DNA of 64,000 nt. Source: an uncultured Acidobacteriota bacterium (GTDB lineage: Bacteria > Acidobacteriota > Terriglobia > UBA7540). Position 1 is the first letter of the stretch. Each line of letters starts with the position of its first letter. This document shows, piece by piece, positions 39,118 to 47,678 of this stretch. The notes beneath the pieces were generated by a model. The model was not told the origin of the DNA, made no database searches, and saw only the letters and a list, made by a program, of their open reading frames with translations. The stretch is taken from contig CAWDSK010000006.1 in NCBI GenBank assembly GCA_963804995.1, forward strand, positions 1,984,001 to 2,048,000, read 5' to 3'. Both the position numbers and the translations under genes were made by a program.

Positions 39118-41919
39118 CTAATCACCTTCAACCCATGACGGTGGAGAGATTATTGTCGCGATTCCCGCAGTCACAGCGGCACGAAGACTACTGTCTGCGG
39201 GTAGTTTGTCCTCCCCGAGCTTAACGTCGTCCAGTACGTCGCCATTACCAGCACTGACTGGGGTGCCGTCATCCTTTGTACCACCCCATCTAGCGTTCTG
39301 CGCCAATGTGAACTTCAGTTTTGGAAGCCTCGCCGAGGCCAGTAGTCGAGTAAACCTAGCGATAGAGGATTCCTGTTCGGGCGACGAATAATCAAGTGGC
39401 CCATGCTTTTTCAATAAATCCTCCAATTCCCGCAACGGGAAAAGCTCCGAAAGAGCCTCAAAAGTACCGACACTGGCGCTCTGTTCCATCGGAAATAGAT
39501 AATTGAGAAAGGTTCCGAGACTCAGTGGCCGTTTCCCAAATTCGTCCCTTAGATACGATCTCATCTCTTCCTTCCCACCTAGGCGAACCCAAAGCTGGAG
39601 TGAGCGTACCGCACCCTTTTGATTCGTTGAGTCGAAAATCGAAGCCGTTCCCCCTGCGAAGTACTTTTTCTCAAGCCGCGAGCGGCATGCACTTTTTAGC
39701 AGGTCTAGTTTGACATTCTCCCATTCGGTAAGGATTTGATTTTTGTTCCTATCCTCGCACGCCGAGAGAATGAGAGCCGCAAAATAGTCTGCTGAGGAAA
39801 CGCGAATCGAACATTCAAGAAAATCCTGCACCTTGCTGCTTCGCGCGAATCTAGTTGCCACGGTAAATATAATGCGTCCTGCAACTTCAGCCTCGGCCAA
39901 ACCAAGAATCGGCGGCTCGAGCTGGTCGGATAGCTCCGCCATTGCCAATCCCAAGGCCTCGGCCTGGAGAGGATGGAATTGCTCCATTTTCGCGGGGATG
40001 AGGTCTAGGAAATTCCACCTCCTCCGGGAGTCCATTGGCAGATTTCGGAACTCGCTGATTATTCGATCCTTGCAAGGGTCAAGCTGATCGATCCTATTAA
40101 GCGCATAAGCAAACTCTTTGAATTCGGCCTCTCCATACTGGCCAGATTGGACGCCGAAGATAAAGTACCGTGCGAAAAACGCCGGGTGGTATATCCTCCT
40201 ACTAACCTTACCCTCTGTTGACTCTGCCACTCCTCCCAAGGCATCTCCGCGGTACGCCTGTACAACCGGAAACAATTCACATAGTAGGGTGGTAATCAGC
40301 TCTCTTTTTCGCACATCCAAAGGTTGGAGCAAATCATCGAGGAATTGCTTGCGCATGGCGTTGGCTTCGTTCTGGTCGGGGTGCAAAGTCTCGATCCAAG
40401 TTTCGGTACGCCAGCTACCATAATAGAAATAGCGCCGATGGGTGTATATAGCTTCGTAGATCTCCGGGGCTGAGTCCCGGATGATTTCCAAAAGGATGAA
40501 ATCTATCAAGTTTATCTCATCAGCGATGGGGCCTATGCTTGCGGTGAGCCGGTTGAAAAAAAGTTTGATTCGGCGGAGATTGGTAAAACGGTGATTGAGG
40601 TGCACCTGCCAGAGCTGCCCAAATTTCTCGTTAAATCGGTTCTGCTCCTCCTTGGAAGGCAGTAAGTTGTATTTCTTGCAAAGTGCTTCGAAACTCCTGT
40701 CAAACATTTTCCCGAGGAGATTCACGTCAATTTTGGGTAGTGGTGTCTGCACCGGGAAGAATTTTTCAAGATAGCGCCTCCCCTCATCCATATCACCAAA
40801 TTGCCGGGCAACCAATCGCACCAACGCTTCTTTCTCGAACGCACACATGTATGTGAGGTTCGAAAACTCGGTCGCGCCCCGCATCAACTTCAATAAGACT
40901 TCCAGTTCTTCCGCTTCCATTCGGTCCATGTCATCGACCACCACCACTACCCGCGCAGTCAATTCTTCTAGGGACTCTTTTAATTGTCGAATTTGATCTT
41001 CCTGCGATGGGTCATGAAATAGCTCTTTTAGTGCATCGCCATACTTCGGCACAACCCCCACGAGCGATCTGGCGTAAAGGGCTAGTCGCCCCGCAGGAGA
41101 TGCATGGGCGAATCGCTTCTGGACTTCTTTGGCAATGCTGTTAAACAACGTGCCTACAAGGATTTCCTTGCTTGTAGCTAGCGAGGATACGAACGGTACA
41201 ACAACAAAGTCATCATGCTCTTGCTTGAGGGCCTTTTTCAGCAGATTAAGGACCGAAGTCTTCCCATCACCGTAAGGGCCCACCAGCGCAACCACCGACG
41301 AGCAACCGCTTGCCAGTTCTTTAACTAATCTTGAGGTCAAACCCTGACAACCCAAAATATCTTCCTCCCAAGTCTCGATCGGGAGATCGCGGTCGAATTC
41401 GATTTGCACATTGGGTAGTTTCAGTTTGCTTACCCAGATCAGAAGGGCGAAAGATAAGCACAGCGAAGCCAGGAGGGGGAGGAATGCGCAGCGATAATAG
41501 CTGTTACTGAATAATTCGACCGTCCAGAGCGAAAGAGGCAGCCATAACCAAAATAACCCGCCCGAAGGCCTAACCTGCAACGAGTTTCGGACTTTTCCGC
41601 AAAATGTCGTAAGCGTCTTGCCGAATAAGAAGAGTCCGGAAATCGCGATTACTGCCAGGAACAACCATGTATCTTGTGGCCATTGGACGAACTCGTGGTA
41701 CAGCTCCGCGAGCCGATTAAGCTGGGGACGAGCTAAGTTGTAAACTGTCGGAAACGCTAGGCCGACAGCACTCCCCGCAAGTACCCCACGCAGTATAGCG
41801 AAATAGTGAGCAGCTCCTGACTTATGGATGGCAGATATGTTAAGGTCAAAGAAGGGCATCGTCGTGTGCAAGTGATTTAAGTCAGTTACTACGCCGAAAT
41901 GAGGCGAGCCGAGGATCAC
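39118..41919 (-). CDS. KAP family P-loop NTPase with N-terminal TM helices
   Basis: Walker A 'GPYGDGKTS', Walker B 'VVVVDDMDR', 'YLEKFF', 'NLRRIK.F.N'. Start uncertain (possibly ATG 41859). Confidence 0.88.
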   Translation of the reverse strand: MILGSPHFGVVTDLNHLHTTMPFFDLNISAIHKSGAAHYFAILRGVLAGSAVGLAFPTVYNLARPQLNRLAELYHEFVQWPQDTWLFLAVIAISGLFLFGKTLTTFCGKVRNSLQVRPSGGLFWLWLPLSLWTVELFSNSYYRCAFLPLLASLCLSFALLIWVSKLKLPNVQIEFDRDLPIETWEEDILGCQGLTSRLVKELASGCSSVVALVGPYGDGKTSVLNLLKKALKQEHDDFVVVPFVSSLATSKEILVGTLFNSIAKEVQKRFAHASPAGRLALYARSLVGVVPKYGDALKELFHDPSQEDQIRQLKESLEELTARVVVVVDDMDRMEAEELEVLLKLMRGATEFSNLTYMCAFEKEALVRLVARQFGDMDEGRRYLEKFFPVQTPLPKIDVNLLGKMFDRSFEALCKKYNLLPSKEEQNRFNEKFGQLWQVHLNHRFTNLRRIKLFFNRLTASIGPIADEINLIDFILLEIIRDSAPEIYEAIYTHRRYFYYGSWRTETWIETLHPDQNEANAMRKQFLDDLLQPLDVRKRELITTLLCELFPVVQAYRGDALGGVAESTEGKVSRRIYHPAFFARYFIFGVQSGQYGEAEFKEFAYALNRIDQLDPCKDRIISEFRNLPMDSRRRWNFLDLIPAKMEQFHPLQAEALGLAMAELSDQLEPPILGLAEAEVAGRIIFTVATRFARSSKVQDFLECSIRVSSADYFAALILSACEDRNKNQILTEWENVKLDLLKSACRSRLEKKYFAGGTASIFDSTNQKGAVRSLQLWVRLGGKEEMRSYLRDEFGKRPLSLGTFLNYLFPMEQSASVGTFEALSELFPLRELEDLLKKHGPLDYSSPEQESSIARFTRLLASARLPKLKFTLAQNARWGGTKDDGTPVSAGNGDVLDDVKLGEDKLPADSSLRAAVTAGIATIISPPSWVEGD

Positions 41920-42136
41920 TCGCGATTCGGGCGTGATTCGCTTAAACTGTTAATAATGTCAATCTTGCCAGCACGCGAGCGTCCCTCCCTCTATACGCCT
42001 GTTAAACTGATATAGCAAGCATGCTGTGGTGTTGCGCCGTCGGAGTCGCAATGAGCCACATTGATGTATAGCGGTCTACCCGTACAGGCGCTGCGCGACC
42101 GCGAATAATCCGAACCTGTCCTTGGCCATTACCGGT

Positions 42137-42233
42137 GATAAACGCCGTAGGGTACCCTGTATCGTTGCCTATTCGGAAACTCCGCTTCAATCCGCCGGCG
42201 CCGGCTCAACGTTGACTGGGGCTTAGGTTAACG
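42137..42233. repeat. 97-bp direct repeat, copy 1 (copy 2 at 43461-43557)
   Basis: GATAAACGCCGTAGG...ATCGTTGCCTATTCGGAAACTCCGCTTCAA...ACGTTGACTGGGGCTTAGGTTAACG; 8 substitutions between copies by eye, no indels. Confidence 0.9.
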
Positions 42234-42318
42234 CCTATACCCCTCGTGGGTGCCCTCAAGTCGGCGCTGCCGAGGGGGGGCAGGGAGCAGACGGCTTTCG
42301 GCGTCTGCGCTTTGTCCC

Positions 42319-42897
42319 CTATCGGAGGGCGCGGAGGGCCGCTTCGGGTTCGCGGCTGATAATGGTTAACAGGATGCGAGCGGCGCCGGTAGGTTCACGT
42401 TCACCGTTTTCCCATTGACGCAGCGCCGCCGGACTCACGCCAAAGGCGCGGGCAAAGGCCTCGCGGCTCAGTCCTACTCTCTTACGGGCGGTTTTGATAT
42501 CCGCCGGTTTCACGGCAACGCGGCCGGTTCGCCCGGCGGCAGACTTATGGGCCAGGGCTCCCTCCAAACCGTGCCGGGTTGCCTCCCCAGGCCGTCGCGG
42601 TCGCACGACGACTTGAACTTGCTGGTTGAGAGCCTTCGCAATGCGGTTTAGCATCGATAACGAGTGCCCTTCGTAATCCGCATCTTCCAGGCGGCTGATG
42701 ACGGATTGGGTGGTATCCACTCGATCCGCCAACTCTTTTTGGCTCAGCCCCGCTTGCTCGCGAAGTTCATAGATGGTGCGGGCAACCTCGGCGTTTACCC
42801 GCTCCCGTGCCAGGGATGCCTTCCGCTGTACGTCCTCTCCGACGTAGCGATGATGAAGAATCCGAACGCCGTTCGTTGTCTTCCGAGTGTTATTCAT
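42319..42897 (-). CDS. HigA-like antitoxin with two Xre HTH domains
   Basis: HTH1 'LREQAGLSQKELADRVDTTQSVISRLE'; HTH2 'ARKRVGLSREAFARAFGVSPAALRQWENGEREP'. GAGGAG RBS before ATG 42897. Confidence 0.85.
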   Translation of the reverse strand: MNNTRKTTNGVRILHHRYVGEDVQRKASLARERVNAEVARTIYELREQAGLSQKELADRVDTTQSVISRLEDADYEGHSLSMLNRIAKALNQQVQVVVRPRRPGEATRHGLEGALAHKSAAGRTGRVAVKPADIKTARKRVGLSREAFARAFGVSPAALRQWENGEREPTGAARILLTIISREPEAALRALR

Positions 42898-43264
42898 GGT
42901 CGGGCTCCTCATAGGTGTATTTAGCTGCGTCCTTCTCGAATAGTTTGCGATGGCGTATCGCCAATTCAATCTCCCTGTCGGGAACCTGCTTCTCCTTAGT
43001 CAGCCCATGGGAGATCACCGCGGTTTGTTGGTGGAAGAAATAGAGCATCCGATAGTTCACCGACTGAAAGCTGGTCCGCAGCTCGTAAATGCCGTCCCGG
43101 AGCAGGTCCGCCTCCGGACGGCGCAACTCGTGCCCCAGTTCTGCCAACCGCTCGATGCGCACAATGCATTTGTCCTGCACTTTAGAGGGCATCCGGTCCA
43201 ACCACAGGAGCAGGGGGCATATTCCCTCTTCGTCTACAAAAAAGACCACCCTGGTGACAGGCAT
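42890..43264 (-). CDS. RelE/HigB-superfamily (Gp49-like) toxin
   Basis: 'RIERLAELGHELRRPEADLLRDGIYELR', 'YRMLYFF', 'SHGLTK'; toxin upstream of and overlapping the antitoxin. Confidence 0.88.
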   Translation of the reverse strand: MPVTRVVFFVDEEGICPLLLWLDRMPSKVQDKCIVRIERLAELGHELRRPEADLLRDGIYELRTSFQSVNYRMLYFFHQQTAVISHGLTKEKQVPDREIELAIRHRKLFEKDAAKYTYEEPDHE

Positions 43265-43288
43265 TAGCTTCCTCTCCCAGCTACGAGC

Positions 43289-43317
43289 AGAATATCGCAA
43301 TATTGCGATTAGGTCAA
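43289..43317 (-). promoter_or_regulatory. TA promoter with palindromic operator
   Basis: TTGACC, 17 nt spacer, TATTCT on the minus strand. Perfect 16-bp palindrome ATCGCAATATTGCGAT (43294-43309) lies in the spacer. Confidence 0.75.
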
Positions 43318-43460
43318 GAACTGTTCTTTGAGGCCTCTAACTCTTGAGCCCCAATCTGGCCGAGACTCGTCGAATTCATCTTCAGGCACGGAGGACGTGG
43401 AAATGTCCTACCCCCCGCACAGGATCGCAGTAGAAAAATCTGCCATCGGCGACCACTCGC

Positions 43461-43557
43461 GATAAACGCCGTAGGTTACCCACAATCGTTGCCTATTCGG
43501 AAACTCCGCTTCAAACCGCCGGCGTCGGTTCGACGTTGACTGGGGCTTAGGTTAACG
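43461..43557. repeat. 97-bp direct repeat, copy 2
   Basis: Matches 42137-42233. Confidence 0.9.
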
Positions 43558-43791
43558 ATTATGTCCGGCCAGGGCATAGGCGTTAGGAAGAGTTGTTGTC
43601 GAGTACGACGGAACTTCGGATCGGCCCCGCGGGTTGGTCGGTAAACAGGGAGAGTATCCGGGAGGGGCGTTTTTCGGGCCGAATCCCGCTTACGGTCGGC
43701 GACCAAGGCTAGCTTTGCGAGCCCCGCACGCAGCACCCGAACCAGGTTGGCGAGAAACACCAATCCCGGCGCATGCGGGTGGCACAACAGG

Positions 43792-44796
43792 TTATGGCGA
43801 TGGTTTGCTGGGAGGGGCAGACTCGAGCGCTGGGTAGTAGCCATGGCGGGCAAAAATCCTGTACGGGTGTTTTGAATTCTGGGCGCGGTCGGAGAGGCGG
43901 ACGTCGATCGAGCGGAAGGCACGATCACGGCGGGTGTTAGAACTCTGGTAGCCGAGTGTATAGCGCTGTTTCAGCCGCGTGATGACGGCGGCCATCGCCT
44001 TTTGCGCCGATCCTACGGCAGCCATATCGATTATCTCGCCGCCCGTTTCGAGCATGATCTTGTTTACCCAGCGCGCGCCAGGAATCCAGCCCGGCTCGTC
44101 CAGCGTACCTTCCAGGCGGTCACGTCCGAACCTCACACTGTAAACGATCGTCTGGGTCTCGAGCGCCAACCGAGTCACGTCGTCGCCGTTAAACTCTCCT
44201 TTCGCAGTAGGCTGGTTGTCCGAGATCATGATGACCGCATGGCGCCGGTCACGAGCCTCCTGCCCCAGATACTCGATCGCTGCGTAAAGGGCGTCAGCGA
44301 TGTTGGTGCCGCCCGCGGAACCAATGCCTATGATGCTATCGGCAATCGATTTGCGGTCAGTCGTCAGATCTACGAGTCGCTCAGGGTGCGCGGCGAAGGC
44401 ATACAGGGCGATTTGATCCTCTGGCTTGAGCTGCGAGAGGGTGTCGTAGGCGGCGTGGTGCAGTTCATTTAGCACTGGCGAAACGCTGCCACTGCCGTCC
44501 ACCACCAGCGCCACGGCCAAAGGCAACTCGTCACGTGAGAAATACGTGATTTGCTGCTCCACGCCATCTTCAAACACGCGGAAATCATCCCGCTTAAGAT
44601 CATTGGCCATCCTGCCCTTGTCGTCTCGAACCGTAGCCTCCACCAGCACCATGCTTACATCCACCTTGAGCGTGAATCCGCCTTTTTCAGGCGGCGGCAG
44701 TTGGCTCCCGGGCGCAGCAGGGCCTTGCGCCCCAAGTTCTACACAGAGCGCGAACGCCCAGAAAGCAAGAGTGCAAGCTGCTAGCGCCCGTTTCAT
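43792..44796 (-). CDS. VWA-domain protein (acidobacterial VWFA-related), exported
   Basis: Signal peptide; 'F.VFEDGVEQQI..F', MIDAS-like 'DGSGS', 'GGT', 'ISD', 'YTLGY', 'RHGYY'. Confidence 0.9.
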   Translation of the reverse strand: MKRALAACTLAFWAFALCVELGAQGPAAPGSQLPPPEKGGFTLKVDVSMVLVEATVRDDKGRMANDLKRDDFRVFEDGVEQQITYFSRDELPLAVALVVDGSGSVSPVLNELHHAAYDTLSQLKPEDQIALYAFAAHPERLVDLTTDRKSIADSIIGIGSAGGTNIADALYAAIEYLGQEARDRRHAVIMISDNQPTAKGEFNGDDVTRLALETQTIVYSVRFGRDRLEGTLDEPGWIPGARWVNKIMLETGGEIIDMAAVGSAQKAMAAVITRLKQRYTLGYQSSNTRRDRAFRSIDVRLSDRAQNSKHPYRIFARHGYYPALESAPPSKPSP

Positions 44797-45160
44797 AGCT
44801 CACCGGCGGGACTCCCTCGATAGCTCTTCCTCGGGAGGTGCCCCGATCAGACGTCAGGTTGTATCGAGAGCGGGTAGCCATCTCTGAAACCGCGATGCCG
44901 TGTCAAGCGGATTTTAGGTGCCGATTGACAGAAGTCTGCACCTAGTTTCAGAATGGCAGTCAGCCGGCGAAGCGGAAGCGGGCTCTGCTGGCGAGCAACC
45001 CGCCGAGGAATAGCCGGTGGGAGGCTCATCGTAACGACGAGCAGGGGGGCGATGGGATGATCGCTCCTCCTCCTGGTGGTTACGATAGCTTCCCCATGCC
45101 TGAGAAAACGCCCGGCCAATTACGATCCTCGCCGAGTTCGCCACTCCGAAACTTGCACGG

Positions 45161-46592
45161 CTAAGTTAAAACACCTCCCTGGGGTAGGGCCAGGTTCTCA
45201 CCCTGGCCTGCCGGTGGTGCGGTGGCCCAAGAGAAATCCCCAGGCCACGCACCCCCGACCGCGGCCGAGGAGAAGAATTCTCGCTCGGCCCTTTCTGAAA
45301 CTCGGAGCCCAGGACGTGGGCGCTTGTCGCTTGCCACGATGTCGCCGGCGGATGCGCCGATTCCAGTCATCTCTACAGGATCACTGCGGGGGTCTCCCGC
45401 AGGCCTCAGTCTGTTGTTCGAGGGGCAGTTCCTCATCACGGTTCGGGTTTGGTTTCCCCATGGCTACCTCAGGCTTACTGCCCCAGCTTGCCGGCTCTCC
45501 GGCCCCAACGTTCGGCCTGGAAAGGTGCTCCGTGTTTCAAAACTCCGTAAACGCAGCGGGCGACCGAACCCGCCACCGCCGTCTTGGCCACATTGGGGTG
45601 CTTGTGGCAGCGCCGCAGGTGCCAGTAACGCTGGCCGAGCGGGCTCTTGCTGCGCGTCAGGGCGTTGGCGGCGGTGATCAAGGCCCAGCGCAACCAGACC
45701 GGACCTTGGCGGGTGATCGGACCATGAATCGAAACCTCGCCACTATCGTAGGAACTGGGCACCAAGCCGGTATAGTTCAACAGCGCGTCGGCGGAGTCGA
45801 AACGCGCCAGGTCTCCGATCTCGCTCCAGATGACCGCCGCCAGCATGTGCCCGAGGCCGGGGATGGTCTGCAGGAGCGCCACCTGGGGGAAAGCCGCGGC
45901 GGCCGCCAGCAGTTCCGCCTCGCTGGTTTCGCGCTCGGCGCTGAGAAAATCGTACAGGCGAAACATCCGCTCGAAACACAACTGCGCCGCCGACGAGAGC
46001 GCTTGCTGCTGGATCCAGGCTCGCCCCTTGGCGGTGAAGACGCACCGCTGCGGTCGCAGCCCGTGCATCTCCAGCAGGCTATTGACGCGGTTCTTCGTCT
46101 GGGCCCGCAGCCGCGCCAGGCCGCACCGCTGCCGCGCCAGCAGGCGTAATTCCCGGATGGAAGGGGGCGGAAACCAAGCCTCCGGTAGCGGCTCCACGTC
46201 GTGCACCGCCAGTTTCTTCACCAAGCGCCGAGTGTCCAGCCGGTCCGACTTCTGCTTGCGCAAGCTGTCGATCCCCGCCGTGTGCACCCAGTGCGCCCGA
46301 TCCCGCCACCCCGCCTCTTCCAGCACACTCATCACAAAATAACCGCTGGTGGAAACTTCCAGAGCGATCTCCGCATCCGGCGGCAGCTCCGCCAAGCGCT
46401 GCCGCCACGCTTCCCGCGTGCACTCGATCGGCTCCAGCATTTTTACGTCTTCCCCGGGCGGAATCATCGCCATCCAACAACGTCCCTTGTGAACGTCCGA
46501 CGCAACCGGTATCATCGTCTTGCCTCCTCGTTGAATTTCTTTCCCAGGTCCAGTCTACCTGGACCCGAGGAGGCATCGCCGTTTCATAACAT
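45161..46592 (-). mobile_element. IS110-family insertion sequence (long non-coding end downstream of the transposase)
   Basis: Transposase gene with about 77 bp upstream and 314 bp downstream of non-coding DNA. CACGG is directly repeated at 45156-45160 and 46593-46597. Boundaries inferred. Confidence 0.65.
45475..46515 (-). CDS. IS110 family transposase/recombinase
   Basis: DEDD RuvC-like motifs 'SDVHK', 'ALEVS', 'KSDRLD'; C-terminal 'LLQTIPGLG', 'EIGD..RF', 'GLVPS..DSG'. Confidence 0.93.
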   Translation of the reverse strand: MIPVASDVHKGRCWMAMIPPGEDVKMLEPIECTREAWRQRLAELPPDAEIALEVSTSGYFVMSVLEEAGWRDRAHWVHTAGIDSLRKQKSDRLDTRRLVKKLAVHDVEPLPEAWFPPPSIRELRLLARQRCGLARLRAQTKNRVNSLLEMHGLRPQRCVFTAKGRAWIQQQALSSAAQLCFERMFRLYDFLSAERETSEAELLAAAAAFPQVALLQTIPGLGHMLAAVIWSEIGDLARFDSADALLNYTGLVPSSYDSGEVSIHGPITRQGPVWLRWALITAANALTRSKSPLGQRYWHLRRCHKHPNVAKTAVAGSVARCVYGVLKHGAPFQAERWGRRAGKLGQ

Positions 46593-46890
46593 CACGGTGT
46601 CGCCGCGGCGACCTTTCCTGACCGTGGGCTTTTCTCACGCCCGATATCCCAGAGACAACCACCCATAGTAAATCCGTATGGGGCGCACTGCCACCCTGGT
46701 CTCACCCGAATCAGACGTGTTGTAACTCAATTCTCGCGATCAATGGAAGAACCCACAGAAAAGCGCTGACCGTGGCTACCCCACTGAGGACTCAGGCAAA
46801 TCTCGAAAACTTCGGTGCGCGGATTTCGGATGTTTGGCGTATGATATTGTGTCGAGGCGAATTTACACTCAGGGATGGCGTCCAAAAACT

Positions 46891-47223
46891 ATGTCCACAA
46901 TCGAGGAACGGAAGGGAGCTCCACGGCTCAGCGCAGATTTGACAGTCATCCTGTCGACAGGGGAGGCTCACTACTTCGTGGAGGTTGAAAACGTGAGCGA
47001 CACGGGGCTCCGCCTCCGTGCGAAAGAGGTGTTCCCCGTCGGCACTCAAATTCATATGGTCTTTGGTCGACCGCCTGAGTTGCCCCGGGTAACTGCGGAA
47101 GGAATCGTGAGGTGGTCGGAAGCCGGAAAGGGAGTCGGGGTGGAGTTCACCTCGATCAGTCCGGATGACCACCAGGCCCTCTTGAGATTCATGAAATCGC
47201 AGTCCCAATCTGAGCAAGCTTAG
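46891..47223 (+). CDS. PilZ-domain protein
   Basis: 'ERKGAPR' (RxxxR-like), 'NVSDTG' (D/NxSxxG), 'GVGVEF'. Confidence 0.85.
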   Translation: MSTIEERKGAPRLSADLTVILSTGEAHYFVEVENVSDTGLRLRAKEVFPVGTQIHMVFGRPPELPRVTAEGIVRWSEAGKGVGVEFTSISPDDHQALLRFMKSQSQSEQA

Positions 47224-47254
47224 GCGGTTGCTTCTCCTCATCTACATTCTCCGA

Positions 47255-47300
47255 TTGACAAACTATCTTTTCCTACCTATATTACATTTCGATATCGAAA
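47255..47300 (+). promoter_or_regulatory. Sigma70 promoter and palindromic operator upstream of the PadR gene
   Basis: TTGACA (47255), 17 nt spacer, TATATT (47278); perfect palindrome TTTCGATATCGAAA at 47287-47300. Confidence 0.75.
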
Positions 47301-47319
47301 CAGGACATCGGAAGTCGAT

Positions 47320-47628
47320 ATGGATGACCGCAGTCTCTATTCAGGGTTGATCCGGCTCCACATTCTCCACCACGCGGCGGAGAGGCCCGTCTACGGAATC
47401 TGGATTGCCGAGGAGCTGGAGCGGCACGGATACAAGTTGAGTGCCGGAACCCTCTACCCCATCCTGCACGCGCTCGAACACAAAGGCTATTTGCTTTCGC
47501 ACCAGGAGCGGAACGGAAAGCAGGCGCGGCGCGTTTACCAAGTGACCCCACTCGGTCGCAAAGCGCTGCGCGCCGCACGCAAACGTGTGCAAGAACTCTT
47601 TGGAGAAATGTTCGGAAACGGGCACTGA
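47320..47628 (+). CDS. PadR family transcriptional regulator
   Basis: 'LHILHHA...VYG..IAEEL..HGY.LSAGTLYPILH.LE..GYL', 'RRVYQVT..GR'. Confidence 0.92.
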   Translation: MDDRSLYSGLIRLHILHHAAERPVYGIWIAEELERHGYKLSAGTLYPILHALEHKGYLLSHQERNGKQARRVYQVTPLGRKALRAARKRVQELFGEMFGNGH

Positions 47629-47678
47629 GCCTGCCCTCGTTACCGAGGGACAGGCTTCATATAAGAAGGGTTGTGATC

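Noticed and set aside
42137..43557. Integron attC sites
   Set aside because: The ends do not match RYYYAAC...GTTRRRY convincingly, the repeat is not one long imperfect hairpin, and no intI is present.
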